This document shows positions 1 through 12,200 of a DNA stretch of 64,000 bases, in pieces. The notes under the pieces were generated by a model. That model did no database searches and had not been told where the DNA came from. It saw only the letters and a program-made list of their open reading frames with translations. This DNA is from Rhizaria sp. SCN 62-66 (taxonomy: Eukaryota). Numbering within the stretch: the first letter of the stretch is position 1; each line of letters starts with the position of its first letter. The stretch spans positions 62,001 through 126,000 of the forward strand of contig MEDY01000009.1 of the NCBI GenBank assembly GCA_001724265.1, written 5' to 3'. Both the position numbers and the translations under genes were made by a program.

Positions 1-278
1 TCAGATAAGTGTTTATTATTGGTTGTTGTTGCGCGTAATCAGAGACGCTGTACACACAAAAATATGAGAAAAGAACAATGCAGTTGATTCACGTATGTTG
101 CTTGTGCTTGTAAACGAAAAAGAAACATTACTAAGAAAAAAACACAAATTGACGTGAAAACGGATGAAATTAGAATTGGTATGGGTATTACCGAGAAAGA
201 AACGACGCTTAATACAACAATGACTTGTTTTCCTAATTGGTAATCATGAGTTGTACTGATGAAGCACATGTGCCCATT

Positions 279-3200
279 TTAGAACTTAACTCCAGTCGTG
301 GTGCTCGCGCGAGTGGGCCTGATGTCAGGCAGCGAGCTGGGGACGGCGCCGCTGCCGTTGACGCCACCGGTGGTGCTGGGGCGCGACTGCGGGGCGAACG
401 AGCCCGATAGTGAGGGCCCGCCGCGCGAGCGGAGGTCCATGCGTGCGAGCCCCAGCGCCTGCGGGGACTGCGCGCCGCCCACACCGCCGATGGAGCTAGC
501 GAAGCCGGCGGCGGTGCTGGGCGGCGAGAAGGCCGGGAGCTCGGAGCCGGGCAGCGGGGGCAGCGCGGCGAAGGTACGGCGGCGCAGCGCCTCGAGCTGC
601 GTGCGCAGGAAGGCGATCTCGCGCGACTGCAGCTTGGCGAGGTCCACCAGCTGGCGCCGCATCGTCACCTCCTTCATCTTGCGGCCCTGGCCGGAGCTGG
701 CGTGGTCGCCAATCACGTCCGTCACCGCCGCGGCCGCGGCCGCAGTCGTGCCCGCGCCGGGGGGCGCGTTGACGGTGCCTGCGGCAACGGCGGCGAGCAC
801 GGCCTCGAGGCTCTCGGCCGCGGCGGGCTCGAGTCCCAGGTCGCCCTCGACGTCCATGGCCAGCGCGACGATGTTGGGCATGCCGCCGTCGGCGCCCTGT
901 AGCGCCGTCGCGGTGCCCGGACGGCTGCCGCGGGACATCGGGCGCGGCGCGGCGCGCGAGGCGGGACGCGGGCCGGAGCCGGAGCGCAGAGTGGCGACGT
1001 GCGCGCGCTCCGCCACAGCCGCGGCGAGCAGCTTGACTGTCGAGATAAGTCTCGCGTTCTCGCGCTGGCGCTGGCCCGCGGCCGCGGCGAGCTGTGCCAG
1101 AGTATCCTGGCGCACGCGGAGACGGCCGCCCGCGGTCAGGCGCGCGAAGTCGACCTGGCGCTCGAGCTGCGCCTGCGTGGCGGCCTGCGCGGCTGACTGC
1201 GCGTGCGCGTCCGCCTCCTCAGTTTCAGCACGGAAGAAGGCCTCCGCGTCGCCACCCTCGGCGCCCGGCTCGCCCTTGGCGCTGGCGGCGCGCACCGCTG
1301 CCTGCAGTGACTTAGTTACGCGCAGCAGGTGCAGCTCGGCGGTCAGGTCGGCGGCGTCGGCGCGCTCAAGCTCGAGACGAACCAGGTCGCGCGCAGAGGC
1401 GGCGTTGGCAACCTTACCCTCGGCGCGCTGGCGCATGCGATTGACCTTCTCGTTGCCGGCGACGGTGACGGCGGCGTTGAGCGCGTGGACCCACTTGAGC
1501 GGGCACAGCAGAGCGTCTGAGCGGTCCGGCACCACGGCCACGGCGAGCGCGCCCAGCGCGGACGACGAGGCCTCCTCTGCGACCGTGGTGGCGCCGAAGC
1601 CCGCAGCGTCGAGCTCCACGGAGCCGTTCTGCAGCGAGATGGTGAGTTCGCAGTCGAGCGGGGAGCGCACGGTGCCGGAGACGGTGAGACCCGCAGCGAC
1701 GCAGGCCGGCGAGGGCGCCACGGCGGCCGCGAGGCGCGCGCGCGCGAGACGGCGGCGCGCGCGCTGCATCACGGCGGCGTCCTCGGAGGCCTCGGACACG
1801 GCGAGCGTGAGCGCGTCGTAGCTGTGCGCGAGCTCCATGAGGAAGTCGGCCAGACGCTGGCAGCGCAGCTCGCGCTCCCATTGAGCGCGGCGACGCCTGG
1901 CGAGCGTGCGGCGCCACTCGGACGGGCCCGTGCCGGCAGCGGCGCCAGCGGCAGCAGCGGCGACCGCGGCGGCAGCGAGGTCGTCGTCGGCCGAGTCGGA
2001 CGAGGTCGCGCCCGCGGCGTCGGGGTCGGCGCTGGCAGCGTCGGTCATCCACGCCAGCGCGTCGCCCGCGGCCGCGAGGCCGGCGCCGGCCGTGGCGGCG
2101 GCACCGGGGACAGCGACGACCGCAGCCGGGTATGGGTAGAGGAACGGCAGCGGCGCAGACATGGCGGCGGTCACCGCGGCGGCGAGAGCTGCGGCGGCGG
2201 GGCCGGAGGCAGCGGTGCCGGGCGGGGCAGACGCCGCAGCGGCAGCGAGGCCGGTGGTGACCGCGGAGGCGGCGGCGAGCGCGACGGCGACGTTGGTGGA
2301 GCCGAGCGAGGGCAGGGCCGCGGACGCCAGCGGCGCGGTGAGCACCGAGACTGGGTGCCACTGCATCGCGGGCGACAGGCTCGCGGCCACGACGCCCGCG
2401 CCGGCACTGCCAGCACCGCCGGCGCGGCTGCGGGGGCCGCCGCGAGCGGAGCCGGTGCGCGCGCCAGAGAGCGCAGTCGCGGCGCGGCCAGTACGGGTCG
2501 CGTTGACCGAGCTACCAGCAGCCGCGGCGGCCGCGGCGGAGGCGAATGCGCCGCCCGTGCCGCCGTGGCTCGAGGCGATGGCACGGGCGCCGTACGCGGC
2601 GAGCACGTGCCAGAGCGGCGACAGCGGCGTGCGCGTGAAGGTCGCAGCGCCGGCCGCGGCTGGCGCGGCGGTGAAGAAGGGCGCGAGGATCGCGGCCAGT
2701 GGCACCGGCGCGGCGGACGGAGAGGCCATGTGCAGCGCGGCGACGGGGCCCGACTGCGCGCCGTAAAGCAGCGCGTGCGCCGGCGACGCCCACGGCTGGC
2801 GCGCGCCAGGCAGCGTGAGCGGCGCGTCGCTCTGCACAGCGGACGTCGCCGTGGACTGCGACGCACCGGAGAGCAGCGCGCGGACCTGCGCGGTGAGCGG
2901 GCCCGCGGTAGTGTTGACCGCGGCCGTCGAGGCAGACGCGACGACGCCACCGTCCATCATGCCGTCGGCGTCGCCGTCGGGGCTGGCCCCGCTGGCGGCG
3001 TCCTCGTAGGGCGCGCCCGTCGCGGGGTCGATAGGCACCGCGGCGGCCACGGGCACGGGATAGTGCGCGACCATGACAGCGCCCAGCGCTAGCACCGACT
3101 GGTACAGCAGCGCGTGCGTGAACACGGGCGGACGGCGGCGCTGGCGCACCCACTTGAGGCCCGCGTCGACCATGGTGGGCACCGCGGCAGCGGGGACGAG

Positions 3201-6200
3201 GATCGTCGCCTCAGAGGTCAGGTCGCGGCGCATGCTGCGGTCCGCGTCCGCCGCGGCGGCCACGGCGCTGTACAGCGCGCGCGCGCCCGACTGCAGCAGC
3301 ACGGCGGCGTGGCCCAGCGCGGCCTGCGCGGTGTGGCGCTCGCGCTGGAGCGCGCCGCAGCGGGCATTGACCAGCGCGGTCTCGGTGGCGAGCTGCTCGG
3401 CGCGGACGGCGTCGCGCGCAAGCCCGGCGACGGCGAGCTCGTGCTCGAGCACCGCCTTGACAAACACCACGCGCGCCTTGGCCAGCGAGGTGAGGTGCGC
3501 GGTGAAGCGCTTGACGACGGCGGCGACGTCGGAGCGAAGCTTGGCAAGCTCCGTCTGCAGCACCTTGCGGCGCTTCTCGCGATCGTCCTGCACGCCGCGC
3601 AGCTTCTTCTCGTACGCCGTGTAATCGATCGTTTGCTGCTCGTTCAGCAGCGACACGTCCACCGTGCCGTCGGGGTTCAACACGATCACGCCCTCCGCGG
3701 CGGCGGCGGCAGCGGCAGCGGCAGCGGCGGCGGCGGCCATGTGGGGCGGCAGCGAGGGCGGTGGCGGCACGGGCTCGGCGGGCGCCTCGTCGCGGCCCTC
3801 AGCGGCAGCCAGCGCGGCGGCCTCCGCGTCGACCATCCACTCAGGCTTAGCCTTGTCGAGCTCGGCCACCCACACGTCGACCACGGACTGCACGATGCCG
3901 GCCACACCCGATTGCAGCTGTCCACCACGCAGCATCTGCTGCAGGCCGCGCTGCGGGTCCGCGCCGTCGTCGGCGTCGCCCGCGGCGGCGCGGCGCGCGG
4001 CCTCCTCGGCCTGCTGCTTGGCCGCGGCGGCGCGCTCCTTGGCCGAGAGCACCTTGGGCGCCTTGATCGCCGCGTCGGGCACGGTCAGCACCAGCAGCGG
4101 GTCCTCGCGCTCGTCCTGCAGCGGCGTGAAGAGCGGCACGGCGGCCGCAGGCGTTGCGCCGGCGGCGTCGCCCGCGCCCGGCAGGATGTGCCCGTGCGCG
4201 GCAAGGTGATCCTGCGCCAGCCGCAACAGCTCGACCTCGGCCTGCGCCTCGCGCACGCGCCGCGTCTTGTCCGCGACGACCTCGCAGTCGCGCTTCTTCT
4301 GCGCCGCAGCCTGCTCGACCAGCGCGTTGAAGGCGCGCTGGAAGCCCAGCATGCGCGCGCGCAGCAGCACAGCCTGTGTGCGCTTCTGGCGCGGCGACAG
4401 GCACTCGAGCGGGTGCATCAGCGCCGGCAGCGGGATTCCCGACATGGGGCCCGACGCTGACGCCGCCGAGGAGCCGTTGCGGTCTCCGGCAGACACGTCG
4501 TCGTCGTTGTCGGCGCGGCGGCCCGTCTTGGCGGCGGCACCCTCGTCGCCGTCCGCACCGTCGCCGTCCGCGTCACCGGTGGACGCGGTGGCGGCGGCGG
4601 AGGCGCGGGCGTTCTTGGCGGCATTCTTGCCCGCCGCAGCGCCCTTGGCACCGGCAGCGCTCTTACGCGCGCCAGAGCCGCCCGCGGCGCCGTCGGCGTC
4701 CTCCTCCTCGGCGGCCTCGGCGTCGGGGCGCAGGATGCGCGAGTCGTAGCACTGCTGCAGCGGGTCCGGCATCGTCACCGGGGAGGCGTTGAGCACCCAC
4801 TGCGCGCGCTGCGTCAGCGTCCACGGCCGCCACAGCGCCGTTGCCACGTGCGAGCCGCCGCCGTTGGCCGCGGAGGCCGCGCCCGCGCCGGCGCTCGCTC
4901 TCGCCCGCGCTGCAGCGGTCAGGACAGTGCCCGCGGAGGCCGAGCCGTTGCCGCGGGAGGACTCCTGCATGGCAATGGCCTGGCAGTACCAACGCTGCTC
5001 CATCGAGGCCATGAAGCGCAGGTGCAGCACCTGCGCCGTGCGGCGCTGCTCGTCGGCCGGCACGCGCCGCAGCGGGAAGTTGGCCACCTCGACGGCGGGC
5101 ACGGGCGCCGCGGCCGCGGGGGCGCCGCCAGGGGAGGCGAAGGACGGCGCGGGCGCGGCGGGGGCCGGCAGTGAGGTCATCGAGACGACGACCTTGCCCA
5201 TGACCTCCATGCCATCGACGCACTGCGCCTTGATGCGGTGCGCAATCATGCGCCGCGCCACGATCGCGCGCTCGGCGGCCTCGCGCACGCGCACCACGGC
5301 GGCCGCGGCCCGGCGGCGCAGCGCGGCCGCGAGCGCGACGTCGACGGTGAACTCGGCCAGCGGCAGCCGCTCGAGCGTGCCCGCGCGCTCGTTGCGCGCC
5401 ACCAGTCCCATGAACGCCTTGCGGAACTTGGCCAGCCCGGAGACAACGGCGTCGCGTGCGGCAGTCGCAGCGGCGGCGGCTGCCGCGGCATTGGCGCGCG
5501 CGATGGCAGCGGCGGCCGCGGAGCTCGCAGCGCCATCGCCGTTCGCAGCGGCGCCGTCGGCGTCGTCAGCGTTAGCGCCGTTGACGCGGTCGAGCGCGGC
5601 CAGCGCGGCGTCCTGGTCCGCGGCCTCGGCGAGCCCTGCGAGCACGCCGCCGTAGCCCAGTGACGCGCGGCGGCGGCTCGACTGGAAGCCGCCCGCGGGG
5701 GCTGCAGCAGACGCAGCGGCGGCTGCCACGGCGGCGGCCTGCGCGGCGGCAGCGCCCTCGGGGTCGTCATGCGCCGAGATGGACGCGGCGGTCGCGGCGG
5801 CGGCGGCGGCGGCGGCGGCGAGCTCCTTGGCCGAGGCGCTGACGCCGATGGGGCCCGTGCGCAGCGTGACCAGCGGCATCGCGGAGGCCGGGGCGGCGGC
5901 AGCAGGGGCGTTAGCGGCCACGGCGGCGGCGGCGCTGCCGGGTGCGGGCGCGGCGGGCTCGCTGGGCGCGGCCGAGACAAGCTCGACAGCGGAGTTGAGG
6001 GTGACCTCAGCGTGCGCCATCGAGACCGAGCCCCAGACCGCAGCGGCGATGCCCGGCGGCAGCACGGGGCCCACCGCAGCGGAGCCAGAGCCGGAGCCAG
6101 AGTTGCGGCTGGCGGGCGCGGGGATGCAGAGCGCGTGGCGGCTCAGCGCGGTAGCCAGCACGTCAAGCGTCTGCGCGCGCACCGAGGCGGGCGTGCGGAC

Positions 6201-9200
6201 CGCGGCTGCGGCGCGCGTGGCCAGGGCGGAGCGCATCGCGATGGCCGACTGGGCCGCGGCGGCGGCGCGGCCGTGGAGGCCGGTGTTCTGCAGCGCCGCG
6301 TGCGCGCGCACAAGCACCTTGCTCATGTCCCAGACCAGCGCGGCGCCCTCGCCGTCCACGGCGTCGGCGCGCGCGGCCGCGGCGGCCAGCGCGTCGGCGG
6401 GCGCGGTCGCGGGCAGCGCGCCAAAGGCCGCGGGCGCGGCAGCTGCGGCAGAGCCCGTGGTGGCGAGGTAGCGGCCCTCAGCGGTGAAGGCCAGCGACGC
6501 GGCGGCGCCAGTCAGCGCGGCGGCCACGGCGCGCGCGTTGGCGCGGCCGCTGGCGGGGAGCGCGGCGGGGAGCGCGGCGGACAGCGCGGCGCCGGCGGCG
6601 GGCGCGTGCGCCGAGAAGGCCATGAGGCAGCGCAGCGCGACGGTACGTGTGGGCCGCGAGTTAAGCGCGTAGCCGCCGCCCAGGTGCACGCCGTAGCACA
6701 GCGGCGCCAGTGCCTCCTGCTCGTGCGCCGCGCTGGCGGCCGCGGCGGCGGCGGACTGCAGCGAGCCGTCGGTGGTGAGCACGAACGAGTTGCGGCGGGG
6801 CGCTCTGGCCAGCGCGGCGGCCGTGATGCCTGCGGTGGCGTCCTCCCCGTCCTCGTCGCCGTCGTCATGGTCGCTCTCAGACGGCGGCGCGGTGCCCGCC
6901 TCCTCGGCGGCCGCGATCGCGGCGGCGCGGCGCTCGGCGACGGCGCGCACGCGGGCGGCCTTGTTTGCGGCGACCGCGGCGGCCTGGCGACGCGTGGCCA
7001 GCGCGCGCGCGGCGGTCATCATGAGCGGCGCCGACAACGCCGCCTGCTGCTGCTGCAGCTGCGCAGAGAGCTGCGCGGCGTCGCCCCCGGGCAGCGTGAC
7101 CGACACGTCGCCGCCGCCCAGAGCCGCGACGCCCGAGAGCGTGGCGGCCGTGAGCAGCGAGGCCGCGGCGGCCGAGGCCGAGGACGAGGAGCCGACAGCG
7201 CCGATGAGCCCCGGCGTCGTGGTCACGCCCGTCGCCGCGGCCGCGGTCGCCGTGGTGATGTTGTGCAGCGCCGTGCTCGCGCACGTCTCGGGGTCTGCGA
7301 TGTCCACGCCGCGGATCGCCAGGGGGCGCCCGCCGTCGGCGCTGGTCGGGGACCGCGGGCCGCCCGCAGACGACGCCGCGTTGGCGCCCGCGGCGGCCGC
7401 GGCCACGGGTCCGGGGTCGACGGCCGCGAGCGTGACGGTGCCGTCGGCCGCGGCGACGGCAAAGAGCGAGAGCCCGGGGAAGGCGTGCGAGAAGGGCGCG
7501 AAGGCGGCCGCGAGGGGCAGCGCGGGCATGGCGTCCGACTGCGCGGCGAGACACAGGCGGCCGTCGGGCAGCACCTGAACGGCGCGCAGCACGCGGTCTG
7601 CGCACAGCAGCAGCGCGAAGCTCAGCGCGGCGTCGGCACCTACGGGCACCGGGGCCGCGGGGCCCGCCGCCGTCGCCGGCGGTTGCAGCGGCGCGTGCAT
7701 GGCGGCGGCCGAGGGCAGCGTCGCGGCAATGTGGTGCGGCACGGCCTCGGCGGCGACGGCAGCGACGGGCAACACCGTCGCCACGGGCCGCAGCGCGGAG
7801 CGGCGCAGCGCCAGGTCGCGCGACGACGGGTGGTGGTACGCTGAAGGCGGGCGCGCGACGATGACGCGGCCCTTGGTCGTCAGGAACGCGATGCGCTCGA
7901 AGAACACGCCGCCGCCTACGGCCGCGGGCGCAGCGGCGGACGCGGCGGCGCCGTCAGACGCGGAGCCAGCTGCGGGCGCGGCGGCGGTGGCAAGGGGCGC
8001 GGAGGCGGGCAGCCAGCGCACGATGTGGACGCTCTCCTTGCGCATCGCGTCCGCGGCCACCTGCGCGGCCGCGGAGTAGCCCGCTGCAGTGACCGTGGGC
8101 GCGCCCGACACCACCACCAACCTCGCGCTGTCGCAGACACTCGCGGGCGCGCTCGCGGCGCCCGCGGGCTTGTCCGAGCCCAAGCGCGCGCCGCGGGCCG
8201 GGGCCGGCGCGGGGGGTGCGTCGGGGTCGGTGAGCAGCTCGTCGTGGTTGGCCACGGCGAGGACCTCGAGGTCGGCGGTGCGGATGAACACGGTGCAGTC
8301 GCGCGAGGAGACCGCGAAGACGTCGCCGTCGGTGTTGAACACAACGGACCGCACCAGCCCGGCCGCGTCCACGTCCGCGCCAGCGTCAGCGCCGCTGCCA
8401 CTGACAAGCACAGCATCAACGGCGGAGCCGGCGCCGGCGGAGGACTGGGGGTCGTCGCCGAGAGGAAACGCGTCGTCGTCGGCTGCGGCGGCCACGGCGG
8501 AGGCGGCGACCGCGGAGGCGGCGTCGGTGGCGGGCGTGTGCGCGGGGAAGAGGCGACGCGACCACACGAGGCGCATCGCGGTGGGCTCGGAGATGTCGAC
8601 GACGTTGACGCCGCCGTGCAGCGTGCCCACCACCAACAGCGAGCCGTCGGGGCACACGGCGGCCGCGGTGGCCGGCGCCGACGTGGGGTACACGCCCAGC
8701 AGCGCGCGCGGCGCCACGGCCCATACGGCCACGGGCGCGGTCAGCCCCCACGTCAGCACGCACGACGACGAGTCGCGCGCCGCGGCGCGGGCCAGCGCGC
8801 CCGACTGCGCGGCCCCCGCGGCGCCGTTCGCGCCGGCGCCCGTGCCGCCGGTGGCCGCGTTGAGCTCGTTGGTCGCGGCGGCCGCGGCGAAGGCGGCGGC
8901 GGTCGCGCGCGTGCGGCGGGCGCGCGCGAGCGCCTCTGCGGCCGCAGAGCCCGGCGCTGCAAAGGGCAGCGCGATGGTGTTGGTGCCGCGCGACCAGGGC
9001 GCCAGTGCAGAGGCCGCCAGCTGCGCCTGCTGCAGCTGCGTGTCGCCAGCGGTGCCGGGGGCCGCGACCGCGTTCGGCGGCATCAGAAAGGGCGTCTTGC
9101 TGTTGCTGCCGCTGCCAGTAGAGACAGTGGCGGCGGCAGAGGCGAGTGTGAGCGCGTACATGTGCTGCAGACCGGGCGCCGCGGCGAGCGGGAAGGTGCC

Positions 9201-12200
9201 GAGCGCGGTGACGTCGAAGATGGAGCCCAGCAGCAACGCCACAGCGGCGTTAAACAGGCGCTCCTCTTGCTCCGCAGTCGCCGCCAGCGCCACGGGGTCA
9301 ATGTCCTCGTCGTCGTCGCCGTCACCGTTGTCATCGTCGTCGTCGTCCTCGCCGTTGTTGTCGTCGAGCGAGCCGGCAATGACGCCGTCGCCCGCGGCGG
9401 CCGCGGCCTCGGCGGCGCGCCGCGCGCGGCGGCCCCCGCGCGCGTTGCGGCGCGCGATGGTGTGCAGGTCGAGCGAGGGCAGCGCGGCGCCGAGGCCCTG
9501 GAGGATGCGCACGGCGGCCGCGCCCGAGGGCGGCAGCGCGGCGATGGCGGCCGGGGAAAGCCCGGTGGACGCGGCTGCAGCGGCCTCGGCGGTCAGATGC
9601 GAGGCGCCCGAGTGGCGGCGCGCGGTGCTGCCCGCGCCCGCGGCGGCGCTGGCGGCCTCGGCTGCGGCCAGCGCGGCGGGGGCGGCGGCGAGCGCGGCCG
9701 TGGCGGCCGAGTTGGCGGCCGCGGCGGGATCCGGCGAGTTGAGAAAGCTCTTCCAGTACGCAAAAGCGTCCGCGACGACGCGGCGCGCGTGTGTCAGCAC
9801 GCGCGGCTGGCCGACAACTTGCACGCGCCGCAGCAGCCCACCCGCGGTGAGCACCACGTACGACGTGAAGTCTGGCGCGAACGCCAGCGACGCCACGGCC
9901 GAGCTGTTAGCGGCGGCGGGGAACGCGGAGGACGCAGACAGCGGCGCCGTCAGCGCGGCGGCCATCAGCGCGGCGGGGCTGCCGGGCGCCGCGGCGGGCG
10001 ACAGCACGGCGGCCGCGAGCGTGGCCAGCGCGGCAGTGGGGGGCGCGTAGAAAGGCGGCAGAACGCCGCCTGCGCCCGCGGGCAGCGTCGGGGGCGCGCC
10101 TGCGGTGCCTGGCGCGGCCTCAGCCTCGTCGTGCGTCGCCGTTGTGGCGGCGTTGGCGGCGGACTCAGCAGCGGCGGGCGAGGGCAGGCGGTGTCGGTAC
10201 ACGCAGAGCGCGCCCAGCGCGGCGGCCGCGGCGGCCGGGGCGGGCAGCACGCGGCCGGCGGCCCCGGGGCACGGCAGCGGCGGCGGCGAGGGCAGCGCGG
10301 CCACCCACGCCGCCGCGGCGTCGGCTGCCGACAGCGACGGCGCCAGCGGTCCGTCTCTTGTCGCGGCCGCGGTGACCGAGGCCGAGACAGCGGTGGTCGT
10401 CGTCGCCGTCGCAGACGCGGTCGCCGCAGCAGCGCCGTCAGTCGAGGGGCCGTAGGGCACGAGCGCGGTACTGTTGGCCGCAGCGGCCGCGGCAGCAGCA
10501 GCAGCAGCAGCAGCAGCGGCAGCGGCGGCGGCGTGCGAGGCCGCGAAGCCGGGCGGCGGTGCAAAGACCTGCGCCAGCGCGGCGAGCGAGACCCACACGG
10601 CCGTGTCGTTGTGCGTGCCGACGAGCAGGTGCGCACGGCACAGCGCCAGCGCGGGCGCGTGCGCCGCCAGGTGCGCCAGCGCGGCGGCGGGCGCGGCGCG
10701 GGCCAGAGCGGGCAACAGCGCGGCGGCGGGGGCGGCCGCACAACCGGCGGGGGCGCCGGCGGCGGCGGGCGCGGCGGCGAGGTCGAGCAGTGCGGCCAAG
10801 GGCGAGATGGGCTCGTCGGCGTCCGCGGGGTCCGCGTTGAGGCGGGCCAGCGCGCGGGCCGTGGCGGTGCGCGCGCGCCACAGCGCGGCGTCGCCGTCGA
10901 CGTCGGCGAGCGCCAGCACCGTCGGCACGGACAGCGCCACCAGCGCGCGCACCGCGCGGGCCGCCGCCGAGACGCGGCCGTCGCCGCTGCCGGCGTGCGC
11001 GCTTGATGAGTCCATCGCGGCGGTGGCGGCGGCGGCGGCGGGGGAGCCGGCGTGGAGCACATGGTTGATGACGCCGGCCTCGGCCTCGGTGAAGAGCACC
11101 GTCGACACGCTGTGTGCGGCGCCCGACGCCGCGGCCACGGTCGCGTTGCCCGAGCACGCGGCGCCGGAGACGAGCGCCGAGGCCTGCACGAACGGCAACT
11201 TGCGCGGCGCGTCAAACGCGTGCTGCTCGCCGTCGTCGGCCGCGCTGTTAGCGAGCGCGTTGCTGACCGGCGGCGCGAGCATGCCGGCCGTGGGACGCAG
11301 CGGCTCGGAGCCGCTGGCCAGCGCGAGCGGCGTCGCGCCCGCCGCGGGCGTCACGCGCGGGACCACCAGCGCGGGCGCGGCGACCGTGAGCACGGCGCCC
11401 AGCACCGTCGACAGCGCCACGGTCCCCGCCGCGATCCACGCGTGCGCCGCCACGGACCGCGCGGCGGCGGCGGCGACTGCGCCGGGCAGCGACGTCAGCG
11501 CGGACAGGTACGGCGTCGCTACGGCCAGCGCGTCCAGCTCCGCGGCGTCCAGCGCGGGGCTCGCGGCCAGCGCGGCGGCGGCGGCGGACGCCTGGCTGTC
11601 GCGGTGGCCGCGGCGGCTGCCGCCATGACGACCGCGGCTATGGCGATCGAAGCCGTCGTCGTCTCTGGGCGAGCCCAGGTCCGAGCCGGAGCCGCTGGCG
11701 CGGTACCGCGGGTTGTTCTCATCCGCGTCGTCGTCCGTCTCGCCGCCGCTGTGATCGCGCTCGCCCTGCTGCGGCGCGGCGGCCGCGGCCTCAGCGCGCG
11801 CGTGGCGCTGGACCGACGCGCGCACGGTCTCGGCGAAGACGTCAGCGGCGGCGGGGCCCGAGGTGCGCTGGCGTGCGAGCTGCTCCTCGGCGCCGGGCAG
11901 CGCGACGTCGACGGCCGTAAGCACAGGGTTGAAGGCGCCGCGCAAGAAGGGGCCCACGGACCAGAGCGTGGCGCGGCCGCACGCGGTGATCGTGAGCAGC
12001 TCGCCGCGGTTGAACGGGTTGAACGACACCACACACGCCGCGCGGGCCTGCGCGCGCGCCAGGGAGCCCAGGGCCGCCGTGCTGGCTTGCGCCGCGGCCG
12101 CTGCGGCGGCGTCGGCGGCGGTCGTGTCACCGCCCAGCGCGCTCATGGCGGCCGCCGCGGCCGCGGGGTCGTCCGACTCGGCCGCAGCGGCCGCAGCGTC

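Noticed and set aside
39-269. Short ORFs in AT-rich spacers (also 13105-13976, 27875-28523, 40816-41584, 42902-43715, 45277-45564)
   Set aside because: Low GC unlike real CDS codon usage, often non-ATG starts, no motifs; consistent with UTR or intergenic DNA.
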